From the IMG/VR virus record IMGVR_UViG_3300016666_000453, positions 1-34,345 of that record: a stretch of DNA of 34,345 nucleotides. One strand, 5' to 3'. Made by a program: the position numbers and the translations under genes. Positions 1-7,619 of this stretch are shown one piece after another; position 1 is the stretch's first letter; each line of letters starts with the position of its first letter. The DNA is from a virus (Duplodnaviria; Caudoviricetes). A model generated the notes under the pieces. That model was given only the letters and a program-made list of their open reading frames with translations. It did not search any database and was not told the origin of the DNA.

Positions 1-33
1 GGGTGTCAGGCAAGAGGAGGCTCCAGAAACACG

Positions 34-56
34 AAAGCCGCGCAGTGCGCGGCTTT
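34..56 (-). terminator. Hairpin AAAGCCGCGC-AGT-GCGCGGCTTT, probable intrinsic terminator downstream of the tRNA fragment
   Basis: Perfect 10-bp inverted repeat immediately 3' (minus strand) of the tRNA CCA end. Confidence 0.65.
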
Positions 57-61
57 GAGTA

Positions 62-106
62 TGGTGGGCCCAGTAGGACGCGAACCTGCGACCAAGGGAT
101 TATGAG
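62..106 (-). other. att-site core: 3' half of a tRNA-Ile2/Met(CAT) gene, not a complete tRNA
   Basis: Minus strand reads CTCATAATCCCTTGGTCGCAGGTTCGCGTCCTACTGGGCCCACCA: anticodon loop (CAT), T-arm, acceptor 3' strand and CCA. No D-arm or 5' half upstream. Confidence 0.85.
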
Positions 107-199
107 CCGTTATTAGTGGCCCAGCATATGGGCTAAAGCTTGATAATTCTACCTTTCCCGGAAGTTTTTCCGTCATTTGCGGAAAGTATCAGCAGCAGG

Positions 200-219
200 T
201 GTGGACGGAATGTGGACGG
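200..219 (+). promoter_or_regulatory. Integrase arm-type binding repeats (TGTGGACGG x2)
   Basis: Direct repeats at 200-208 and 211-219, about 95 bp inside the att core; resemble the TGTGGACA arm sites of P2 Int. Confidence 0.65.
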
Positions 220-539
220 TCAAACGCCAATCCCTTTCTCCTCTCTTCAAAGCCTTTCAGGATGTGAAATCAGGTCTGTTCGTACCAGCGCTCTCTAGTG
301 TCTGGCTAACGCGAGCTTTTACGCCCTCATTCAAATTGCACAAAAAAATCATACGCGTCCCGTTGGCGGGAGGGGGAAAAGTGCTTTCTTTGCCCGAGCT
401 TTTTCGGCCCTGTGACAATTTTCTTGGGGTTTGACGTTTGGTCATTGTCCTCATTTGCTTGGAACAACCGTATTGCGGTCAGACTGAACTCTTTGAGTTG
501 TATGGGTGGTTGGTTAGCGTTTTAGCACTTTAGCGTTTT

Positions 540-580
540 AGTTTATTGATTAACTCTTTCAGTTTATTGATTAACTCTTT
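540..580. repeat. 21-bp-period tandem repeat (AGTTTATTGATTAACTCTTT x2) in AT-rich non-coding DNA
   Basis: Exact 20-mer at 540-559 and 561-580, a degenerate third copy from 582, and TTAGCGTTTTAG repeats just upstream. Confidence 0.85.
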
Positions 581-869
581 TAGTTAATTAATTTAGGTGT
601 TTGGTTGATTGCCGTTTTTAGTGGTGTGAGTGTGCTGGAACGGTAGCCAAAGCCAAGCAGGGCTGGGGGGGAGAGCCCTAGCGCGTACTCATAGCAAATG
701 AGCTTGGTAAAAAGTTTTGAAAAGAGTGGTTTTTCTTCAAGAAGTCAGTTGTAATATTCGGGCAGGCAATTGTCTGCAATAGCGGCTATTGGTTTCCAGT
801 AGTCAAAAAAAATCGCATATGGGGTTTAAACCATGAGCACAAATTATAATTTCCACGGGAGTATTAAGT

Positions 870-1535
870 ATGGTGAGCGGGGCAAAAAAACAAAGCGGCG
901 ATGTTGAGCAGGAGTTTCAATCGGCACTATCTAAGCACCCAGATGTGGTAGTGACGATTGATACGGATACGCTGTGGGCTCGTGTACAACCCACCGAGTT
1001 TGACAACCCAGTTTTCTACAACCGAGACTCTGACACGCGTTATGGGGATCCAGAGAAGGAAATCGGCGTTTGTTACGTGGCAGGCAGTAGCAAGGTTGCT
1101 ATTGCGGAGACATTCCAGCATGGGCCGGACGGCCCCGGTTCTTCTGTCTTGATGGAAGACATTATGAATCGGTCTCTCCATCAGCTGAAGGCGGCTCGTC
1201 CGCTGAAGGTGATTGATGTAGGGGTGCTTGCTGCTTACACGGGGCGGAAAGTAAGAGCTATCGTTGAAGCTAAGGGGCAAGGTAGTGAAGGTTACAGCCT
1301 TACCCAAACGCTGAGTGCTGTGAGCATGAGATATGGTCCTGAGATTGATGGTCTCCTCTATACCTCTACTGTGTTACCCGGAGCAGCTTCACTTGAGTGG
1401 TGTAATCTTGTGTTGTTCGAAGGAAGAAAAACACAGTTAGTGCCTGTAAGTTCAGAGCCTTTAGCGGAGGCCCTGCTTACAGACGATAAAACGGCGGTGG
1501 AGTTCTTGGTAGACTTGAACCTGTCCGTAGTATAA
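870..1535 (+). CDS. RES-domain protein (putative NAD+-degrading toxin)
   Basis: RES signature: TRYG (R), CYVA...AIAETF (E), DGLLYTS (S), then NLVLFE; GGGAG RBS upstream. Confidence 0.85.
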   Translation: MVSGAKKQSGDVEQEFQSALSKHPDVVVTIDTDTLWARVQPTEFDNPVFYNRDSDTRYGDPEKEIGVCYVAGSSKVAIAETFQHGPDGPGSSVLMEDIMNRSLHQLKAARPLKVIDVGVLAAYTGRKVRAIVEAKGQGSEGYSLTQTLSAVSMRYGPEIDGLLYTSTVLPGAASLEWCNLVLFEGRKTQLVPVSSEPLAEALLTDDKTAVEFLVDLNLSVV

Positions 1536-1541
1536 GAAGCC

Positions 1542-1568
1542 GGACTCCCTTGCAGGAGTCCAGTTTTT
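1542..1568 (+). terminator. Intrinsic terminator between the convergent RES and antitoxin genes
   Basis: GGACTCC-CTTGCA-GGAGTCC stem followed by AGTTTTT. Confidence 0.6.
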
Positions 1569-2202
1569 ACTTGCCCATTTCCAAACGGTTTTTAAAGTCT
1601 CGAACGATGATCTGGAAAGCAGAATCATTGTCCAGGAGCTTATAGCGAGGCTGCACGTTTTCGGTTTCGCCTGGATTGGAGAAATCCATCGGCTGGGCCA
1701 GAAAACCAACCAGAAGATTTATCTTTGACTCATCCTCTGGGTCGATATCTAACGCTTTAAGAAGCTTGTTTATCGGTGCAGTAGCTTTGTTTTTTTCGAA
1801 CTGGAAGTCAGGATAGTACTTGCGTCGATTATTGGTGAATGCAATTACTTGACCTGCTTTCGTCTTTTTGCTCAAGGCTTGCTTCGTGATACCAAGTATT
1901 TGGCATGCATCGCCCGCATCAAGAAGGTCGTACGACGATTTAACTGCTTCAAACGCATTTGCTTTTAGCTTAGCGAAAGCGATTTCGTTACGTGCTTTAA
2001 CACTTAACGGCTTATCGCTGGCTTTGCTGGTCTTTTTGATAATTACAGCCAAAGCCTTATCGTCGTCGAGCTTCGCAGCATCGATAACCACGGATTCGGA
2101 TACGTTGTTCATCCGGGCTATGAATTTCTGCACGAGCGAGGCCTTAGCTTCGTCAATTGACTTGACGTTGCTGTGGGATCTCTCAATCGTTGCGCTGTTC
2201 AT
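1567..2202 (-). CDS. HTH DNA-binding protein, Xre/MbcA/ParS-like antitoxin
   Basis: LLDAGDACQILGITKQALSKK HTH followed by YYPDFQF, a pattern typical of RES-partner antitoxins; ATG at 2202 preceded by GGAGGAG. Confidence 0.7.
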   Translation of the reverse strand: MNSATIERSHSNVKSIDEAKASLVQKFIARMNNVSESVVIDAAKLDDDKALAVIIKKTSKASDKPLSVKARNEIAFAKLKANAFEAVKSSYDLLDAGDACQILGITKQALSKKTKAGQVIAFTNNRRKYYPDFQFEKNKATAPINKLLKALDIDPEDESKINLLVGFLAQPMDFSNPGETENVQPRYKLLDNDSAFQIIVRDFKNRLEMGK

Positions 2203-2241
2203 AGGTTCTCCTCCGTTGCTCACATTTGAGCACGTAAGCAA

Positions 2242-2297
2242 AGCCTACGCCCCGCCAAGCGCCTATGTCAACCTGTCAACCTGTCCACTCGTCAACA
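2242..2297 (-). promoter_or_regulatory. Sigma70-like promoter of the antitoxin gene, overlapped by four 8-bp-period repeats
   Basis: Minus strand TTGACA (2266-2271)-N18-TAGGCT (2242-2247); repeats TGTCAACC, TGTCAACC, TGTCCACT, CGTCAACA at 2266-2297. Confidence 0.55.
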
Positions 2298-2389
2298 AAA
2301 TGTTGCTTTCACCAGCCCCCTACCGGCATAAATAGCACCAGAACGTGCCCCAGTGATTTTGGGCGTTATCTAATCTTTGGAGCTCACTC

Positions 2390-2713
2390 ATGCCGATCCT
2401 GTACACCGCCACATATTCAAATAACCTTGACGCATTGCGTCAGCAGGCTCCCAAGGTTGCCGAGCTGATTGGTCGAATCGCCGAGGCTATAAGGCCAGAG
2501 CTTCAACGCCTGAATCCTGAGGATCTGGAGAACGTATTGTTTGTTCACGCCGATGCTGTTGCTCAGCAAATACCGTCCTGTGTTACGCGTCTGGCCGTCT
2601 GGCTGAATCTGCTGGCAGCGCCTAAGGTCAAAGCGTTGGAGCACCGTGAAGTGGCTGCCTTTGTCAATGAAGCGGCCAGCCTCGGAGGGCTATCCGGGGT
2701 AGTGCCGGGATAA
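2390..2713 (+). CDS. Hypothetical 107-aa helical protein
   Basis: ATG with GGAG RBS; fills the gap between the antitoxin promoter and the MTase stop. Confidence 0.6.
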   Translation: MPILYTATYSNNLDALRQQAPKVAELIGRIAEAIRPELQRLNPEDLENVLFVHADAVAQQIPSCVTRLAVWLNLLAAPKVKALEHREVAAFVNEAASLGGLSGVVPG

Positions 2714-2781
2714 GCGCATACTAAAACCGGCCTGACGTGGGTAGGATCACCAACAGTTCGAAGCATCCCAGCCCCGTCACC

Positions 2782-3636
2782 CTAATCCTCTGAACTCATC
2801 AACCCCCGCCCAACCCACTCCGCCACCTGCGTAACAACGGCATTTCCGGCACCAAAAGCCTCCGCAAGGTTGGCCGCATCCAGTCCGAGGCAAAGCCCAT
2901 CATCTTCAGCCGTTCGCTGCCGCTCAACCATCTGATCCCATCCGTGCGGTTCAGCGACGAGAGTGGTACAGCCCATAGTGATTTGGTATCCGGCTTTGTT
3001 TGCCAATAGAGTATTGGCAGCCCAGGCATCCGCGGGGCGTGGCCAGCGCTGCGATTGAGACGCTGGAGATATTGCGTCCACTGGCGCGGCGTCAGCCAGG
3101 AACTGGATGGGGGGCATACGTCGATAACCGGCGACCAGGAATACCCGGCGACGTTGCTGGGGGACTCCGAAATATTGAGCATTAAGCACTCGCCAAAATC
3201 CCACATACCCGCAGTCCGCAAGGGCCCGGATGACTGTCTCAAAGTCTCGGCTATCGTTGACAGCGAGCAGGTTAACGACGTTCTCAAGGACCACCCAGCG
3301 AGGTTGTGTTTCTTTGAGGATTCGTATGACTTCCCAAAACAGTCCGCTGCGCTCGCCTTGTAGCCCTCGGGTGCCACGGTTGCTCTCTCGGCAGCCCGCA
3401 ATACTGATGTCCTGGCAGGGGAATCCTGCGGTGATGACATCGACGGCGCACAAGTTGTGGGCCCCGCACTGGCGCACGTCTTCAAATTGGCGTGCATGGG
3501 GAAATCGATCGGCAAGCACAGCCCGGTTGACTGGGTTGAGCTCGACTTGCCAAGCGGTGCGGTATCCGGCGTTTTCAAATCCGACATCAAAGCCTCCTAT
3601 GCCTGCGAACAGGCTGCCTATGGTGGGTTGCTGCAT
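2782..3636 (-). CDS. C5 DNA cytosine methyltransferase, alpha-type polypeptide (motifs I-VIII and X, no motif IX)
   Basis: Motif I SLFAGIGG, IV AGFPCQD, VI LENV, VIII QQRRRVF, X GAGNAV; likely start MQQPTIG at 3636. Confidence 0.92.
   Translation of the reverse strand: MQQPTIGSLFAGIGGFDVGFENAGYRTAWQVELNPVNRAVLADRFPHARQFEDVRQCGAHNLCAVDVITAGFPCQDISIAGCRESNRGTRGLQGERSGLFWEVIRILKETQPRWVVLENVVNLLAVNDSRDFETVIRALADCGYVGFWRVLNAQYFGVPQQRRRVFLVAGYRRMPPIQFLADAAPVDAISPASQSQRWPRPADAWAANTLLANKAGYQITMGCTTLVAEPHGWDQMVERQRTAEDDGLCLGLDAANLAEAFGAGNAVVTQVAEWVGRGLMSSED
2799..3590 (-). CDS. Nested alternative-frame ORF, putative beta polypeptide of the C5 MTase carrying motif IX (true start uncertain, e.g. ATG 3440)
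   Basis: 263 stop-free codons inside the MTase gene on the same strand, containing IRWLSGSERLKMMGFASDW, which fits motif IX (R-x-L-T/S-x-x-E-x-x-R/K-x-M/Q-GF-x-x-D-W/F). Confidence 0.75.
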   Translation of the reverse strand: MMSDLKTPDTAPLGKSSSTQSTGLCLPIDFPMHANLKTCASAGPTTCAPSMSSPQDSPARTSVLRAAERATVAPEGYKASAADCFGKSYESSKKHNLAGWSLRTSLTCSLSTIAETLRQSSGPLRTAGMWDFGECLMLNISESPSNVAGYSWSPVIDVCPPSSSWLTPRQWTQYLQRLNRSAGHAPRMPGLPILYWQTKPDTKSLWAVPLSSLNRTDGIRWLSGSERLKMMGFASDWMRPTLRRLLVPEMPLLRRWRSGLGGG

Positions 3637-3797
3637 GCTTGAACTCGTTGTTCTGAATGCTCGCGGCACGCTGGCGGGAGGCTCTTGGCCTTCAAGTGGT
3701 TTAGTGTCCGGCAACGCGGGCACTTGATCTGTAATTCATCAAAACCGCTGACCGCGGCGAGTTTGCGCGCGCAGTGGCCGCAACGTATGTCTTGCAT
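3618..3797 (-). CDS. com: Mu Com-family zinc-finger translational regulator, 59 aa (absent from the ORF track)
   Basis: Hand translation: MQDIRCGHCARKLAAVSGFDELQIKCPRCRTLNHLKAKSLPPACREHSEQRVQACSNPP*. RCxxCxRKL...IKCPRC is the Com signature, and the gene overlaps the MTase start. Confidence 0.9.
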   Translation of the reverse strand: MQDIRCGHCARKLAAVSGFDELQIKCPRCRTLNHLKAKSLPPACREHSEQRVQACSNPP

Positions 3798-3801
3798 TGA
3801 T

Positions 3802-4773
3802 TCATCCGGTAATGGGTTTCAACTGCCCGGCCAGTACCTGAGCAGCCCCTGCATGTGTTGAAAATGCACTGGCATTTCCCGGCGGTGGTGTCGGGCCGTG
3901 AGTGTGACTGGCGATGGCAGTGTTCATCTGTTCCACCAGGTCGAGCAGGTCGCATAGCACTTTCAGTACATTGACCCCTTCGGAGCCCAGCCAGGTCTTG
4001 GGCGCCTGCAACCGTTGGCCGATCATTGCCACGCTTTCGCGCAGGCCCTGGACGCGCTCCTGCAGGTCGCCGCCTACCGCGGTGTTGTGCTTCTGCCCGA
4101 CCACCAGATTCAAATCCCGTCCAGTGGCCATGTGCAGATCATCAACCGCCGCCAAGCTCGCGAATCCGCCCGATAACAGTTTCAAAGCGCCCAAGGCTTC
4201 CAGTGTCTTGATCCCGCCGACGGACTCGCTGCTGTGGTCGTCTACCGTCACTGAACTGGCCTGATAGTGCTCGGTATTTTCCAGCGCCTGTACCTGGCGT
4301 TCGCTGGCTTGATCGGTGATACGGGCGTCGGTCTGGCGTAGCCAATTACCCTCGGCGTCGGCCCGTTGTTGCACCGCTTCGCTGTGTTGCCACAACAGAT
4401 CGCCTTTCGGTAGCCGCGGCAGGCTCAAACCGTGGGGCAATATCTGCAAAATAAACGGCTTGTTCGGCAACCCGTAGGCAAAGCTGATCACCACCGTTGT
4501 GCCTTCCTCCGGGAAGCCATAAAACCCCATCTCATTCCCGCCGCTTGGCACGGGTAAGGCCACGCCCAGTAACTGCGGCAGTAGAGGGTCTGCCTCGCCA
4601 TCCGGCCCGAGCACCTCCAGATCAACGGCATAGCGTGGGCGAAAGTCGTCACACAGCCCTGCATCTGTTGGCGGATCGGCCACGGCCAGCACGCGGGCAA
4701 AGCGGGGCAGGTGATAGGCGCCGGCCAGCTCCGGGAAGCGTCGCTCAACAATGCGGGTTACGGCTTCTTCCAC
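3802..4773 (-). CDS. Baseplate spike protein (gpV/Gp5-like OB fold and beta-helix)
   Basis: G(F)YGFPEEGTTVVISF OB-fold-like segment, Gly/Val repeats, C-terminal HTH metal-binding tip; last tail gene. Confidence 0.7.
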   Translation of the reverse strand: MEEAVTRIVERRFPELAGAYHLPRFARVLAVADPPTDAGLCDDFRPRYAVDLEVLGPDGEADPLLPQLLGVALPVPSGGNEMGFYGFPEEGTTVVISFAYGLPNKPFILQILPHGLSLPRLPKGDLLWQHSEAVQQRADAEGNWLRQTDARITDQASERQVQALENTEHYQASSVTVDDHSSESVGGIKTLEALGALKLLSGGFASLAAVDDLHMATGRDLNLVVGQKHNTAVGGDLQERVQGLRESVAMIGQRLQAPKTWLGSEGVNVLKVLCDLLDLVEQMNTAIASHTHGPTPPPGNASAFSTHAGAAQVLAGQLKPITG

Positions 4774-5450
4774 TTGAGGCCCATTTGCGCTCCGGTCAGC
4801 GTTACCGAGGTAATGCGCTGCCCTTGGTTGATAACTGCACCAGGTCGAAGGCCGGGCAGGGCGGCCACTTCGGCGCTTTGATTGACGTGGTAGTTATCGA
4901 GCAACTCTACCGGCAGTTGCAGTGCCGAGCGGCTCCCCCAAAAGCTGTCGGCCCAACTGCCCACATACACCTCGCCGTCGCCCTGCTGATGCCAGATAAA
5001 ATCGGGAATACTGAAGACTTGGGCGAGGCTGTCCATTGCCTGGAAACCAGTACCCAGCGAATAAAAATATGGTGTCCGGACCTTGGAGTAAGCGGCATCC
5101 GGCACCCGAAAACGAAGGCCTGTCAGCCGGCTGGCTTCAGCCACTACCGCGCTCAAGTCCACATGACGTAGTGCCAGGGGCAGTGGATAACTCAAAATCG
5201 CTGCCAGCTCCCGGCAAAACAGTACTTGTTCATACGGGTTCGCGCTGGTGCAGCGCTCTATATAGCCGACAAAGTGCCGCTGTAAGGGCTTGTCGTTGTA
5301 GCCCAGATCCAGAGTGACCAACCCGCGCACCGGCGCTTGAGCCTTGATCGTCAAGCTGGCTCGACCGGGATTGCGCAAGTCCAAACGCACGTCGTGGTGC
5401 ACCAGATCGAAGGGCTGGCCGTTGATGCTGACCACCACATGCACCTTCAT
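4758..5450 (-). CDS. Baseplate hub protein (gpD/gp27-like)
   Basis: Translationally coupled tail-operon gene directly upstream of the spike; HP1-like synteny. Confidence 0.6.
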   Translation of the reverse strand: MKVHVVVSINGQPFDLVHHDVRLDLRNPGRASLTIKAQAPVRGLVTLDLGYNDKPLQRHFVGYIERCTSANPYEQVLFCRELAAILSYPLPLALRHVDLSAVVAEASRLTGLRFRVPDAAYSKVRTPYFYSLGTGFQAMDSLAQVFSIPDFIWHQQGDGEVYVGSWADSFWGSRSALQLPVELLDNYHVNQSAEVAALPGLRPGAVINQGQRITSVTLTGAQMGLKWKKP

Positions 5451-5986
5451 TGCACGGGTCCCAGGTAGTCATCCACGCGTTTCAAAATGCTCTCAAATCC
5501 GCTTAATTCGGGGGTGTTGGCCTCGGATTTCACAGAGGGATCGACCACACTGTTACCGCTGCCGACCTGCTGGTTAACCTTGCTCGCCGGGCGCCGAGTC
5601 TCGACCCGTTCCGGGTTCGATAGCTTCTCGCTGAGCGTGAACTGCACCCGCCAGGCTGCCAGGCTGTCGTCTTCTCGGGCGGTAATGGTGTCGCTGAAAT
5701 TCGCCTGTCGCACGCCGAAAGCCTCGGCAGTATCGTTGACCACTCGGTATGTCTTGCGCTGTCCGCCATCCACCGTGGTTTCTGACAGACGCATCAACTC
5801 CATCAGGTGTATGCGGTCGCGATAGGGAATCAGCAACGAGACCGTCAGCGTTTTGGGCTTGAACCCTTTGTGTGAGCTGTCGGTGTTGCTGGTCTGCCCG
5901 GACAGGTCACCACTCTCTATCCTCAGGTTGGCGGTCACCTTCAGCGACTTGCCGTTGACCTTCTGCCCATCGAGCAGCAGCGTCAT
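5447..5986 (-). CDS. Baseplate complex / tube-initiator-like protein
   Basis: Start MTLLLDG at 5986 overlaps the upstream stop (ATGA); DLSGQTS..KGFKPK segment of HP1-like tail genes. Confidence 0.6.
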   Translation of the reverse strand: MTLLLDGQKVNGKSLKVTANLRIESGDLSGQTSNTDSSHKGFKPKTLTVSLLIPYRDRIHLMELMRLSETTVDGGQRKTYRVVNDTAEAFGVRQANFSDTITAREDDSLAAWRVQFTLSEKLSNPERVETRRPASKVNQQVGSGNSVVDPSVKSEANTPELSGFESILKRVDDYLGPVQ

Positions 5987-6906
5987 AGACCCACCAGTTC
6001 CTGAACGAAACTCAACCCTTCTTTTGACCCCAGCAGTATCAAACCTGCGCACAGCACCCATTCATGGCCCGGCGCGTTGCCCGTCAGCAAGTCGCTGCGT
6101 ATTTTTGCGTAGTGCCCGGGGCCAACCAAGCGCGCAACCATGGCCGCGTCCGGATTCGGGTTCGGCAATTGGTCCTGTAAATTCTTTAGCTGCTGATCGC
6201 GGGCAGCAACCTGCCTAGCTTTACGTGCAGCCAATGCTGATAAATCGGCCAGCGGCGAACGGCCTGCCGTGTAGCTTTCCAGTCCTGCCAGTTGGCCGGA
6301 AAGCGATTGCTTGGCCGCCTTGGTGATCGTGCAGTGCTCCAAGGGCAGGGTTCCCCAACGCGGTAGCGAAGGGGCGCTGGGCAATAGCCACTTTTCAGCC
6401 TCAAGGCGCGATAGATATCGGGCGCGTTTCTCACTACGCACCAGTTCGGGCATTGGCAGCAGGGCATTGAAGCGTGACAACGTTTCGGCTAACTGTTTGT
6501 AGTGGATGGCCCGGAATATGATTGCGAGGGCGTACTGATCAACCCCAGCTTGCCGTTCAAGTGAGCCGTCCAACAGCTTATCGCCGAGCAATGCCAGCAG
6601 ATTGGGCGCCGACAGAAAACGCTGATACCCGCGCCCTTGCCCGACGCCACTTTGAAAGGGGGTAATGACTAGGCAGGTGAGTGCCTGCCCCATCTGCTCT
6701 GTCATGGCGACACGGCCAGCTTCGACAGCAGCTTTTGCAGCAGGCCCTACCGGCCCAGGGTTGGTGGTGGCCAGTCCGCCGAGGCTGGCCAGTCGCTTGG
6801 TGGTGCCCGCAAGTTCGGTACCGGCCATTGCCTTTGCTGGGCCTAAAGCGTTCACCCACTGGGTAGCCTGAGCGGGCCAGTGCAGGGTGACGGGTGCCCA
6901 ACTCAT
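5983..6906 (-). CDS. Conserved phage tail-region protein, function unknown
   Basis: ATGA overlaps at both ends within the tail operon. Confidence 0.65.
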   Translation of the reverse strand: MSWAPVTLHWPAQATQWVNALGPAKAMAGTELAGTTKRLASLGGLATTNPGPVGPAAKAAVEAGRVAMTEQMGQALTCLVITPFQSGVGQGRGYQRFLSAPNLLALLGDKLLDGSLERQAGVDQYALAIIFRAIHYKQLAETLSRFNALLPMPELVRSEKRARYLSRLEAEKWLLPSAPSLPRWGTLPLEHCTITKAAKQSLSGQLAGLESYTAGRSPLADLSALAARKARQVAARDQQLKNLQDQLPNPNPDAAMVARLVGPGHYAKIRSDLLTGNAPGHEWVLCAGLILLGSKEGLSFVQELVGL

Positions 6907-7610
6907 GCCGAAATATCCCATTCGATCGCCTGCATCGCAGCCAGGTCCCTGTCAGAGAGACTACTTGCCAGCGCTTGTTTGAGATGATCTGCCTGCTGCA
7001 GGGCTGCTTGTTTATGGGCCAGCAAGTGCAGCCCGGCAGCGTGGAGCTGTTCGGCTGTGTGTGCACTGTAGGTTTTTTTGTCGTCGCTGCCGTAACAGGG
7101 AAACAGAGCGTCGAGCCCGCTCAAGATCAAACCGGTGAGGTTCACTTGATCCTCAAGCAGGCTGTCGTAGCGGTACATCTGCCCTAGGGCGTTGGAACTG
7201 AAGCCGGACTCTATGTGACGGGCACAACGACTATTAATCATCACAAGCTTTTGCAGGTAAAGCTTGGATAACACGGTGTCGAGGTCATCGACCCAGTGGC
7301 CGTTCCTCCAGATCTGTCCTGACTGAGGGCGCTGTACGGTGTGGCCGTTGGGAATAGGCCCTGTACCGCTCAACGTCAATGGTTCGCCTGTGCTGGTGTT
7401 GTAGACGACCAAGCCGTCAAAGTAGTCCAGCAACTGCCAGCGCTTTCCGTGCCAAGCTTGGATTTTGCCAGCCGGTGCGTCGGGCGGCGGCACCTCGACA
7501 CAGCCGCCGGGTAACAGAAAAACGCCAAGTTCAAGGGGCGATTCATCGGCATGCACAGGGCCAACGTATAAGCCCAGATGATTTGTTTGATACACCGTTT
7601 TTTGGGGCAT
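6903..7610 (-). CDS. Tail fibre assembly protein (Tfa-like with DUF4376-like C-terminus)
   Basis: ADESPLE..VFLLPGGCVEVPPP N-terminus; directly follows the fibre gene. Confidence 0.75.
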   Translation of the reverse strand: MPQKTVYQTNHLGLYVGPVHADESPLELGVFLLPGGCVEVPPPDAPAGKIQAWHGKRWQLLDYFDGLVVYNTSTGEPLTLSGTGPIPNGHTVQRPQSGQIWRNGHWVDDLDTVLSKLYLQKLVMINSRCARHIESGFSSNALGQMYRYDSLLEDQVNLTGLILSGLDALFPCYGSDDKKTYSAHTAEQLHAAGLHLLAHKQAALQQADHLKQALASSLSDRDLAAMQAIEWDISA

Positions 7611-7619
7611 ATGTGGGTC

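Noticed and set aside
62-140. Complete tRNA gene
   Set aside because: Sequence beyond 106 gives no D-arm or acceptor 5' strand; only the 3' half is present.
177-454. ORFs 177-434 (+) and 257-454 (-)
   Set aside because: They overlap the att arm region, lack a clear RBS and have no recognisable motifs; likely spurious.
510-600. CRISPR array
   Set aside because: Repeats are adjacent with no unique spacers, and there are no cas genes.
2782-3723. Restriction-modification system, or a simply frameshifted dcm
   Set aside because: No endonuclease-like neighbour, and the main frame is continuous from motif I to X. The listed start at 3723 lies inside com.
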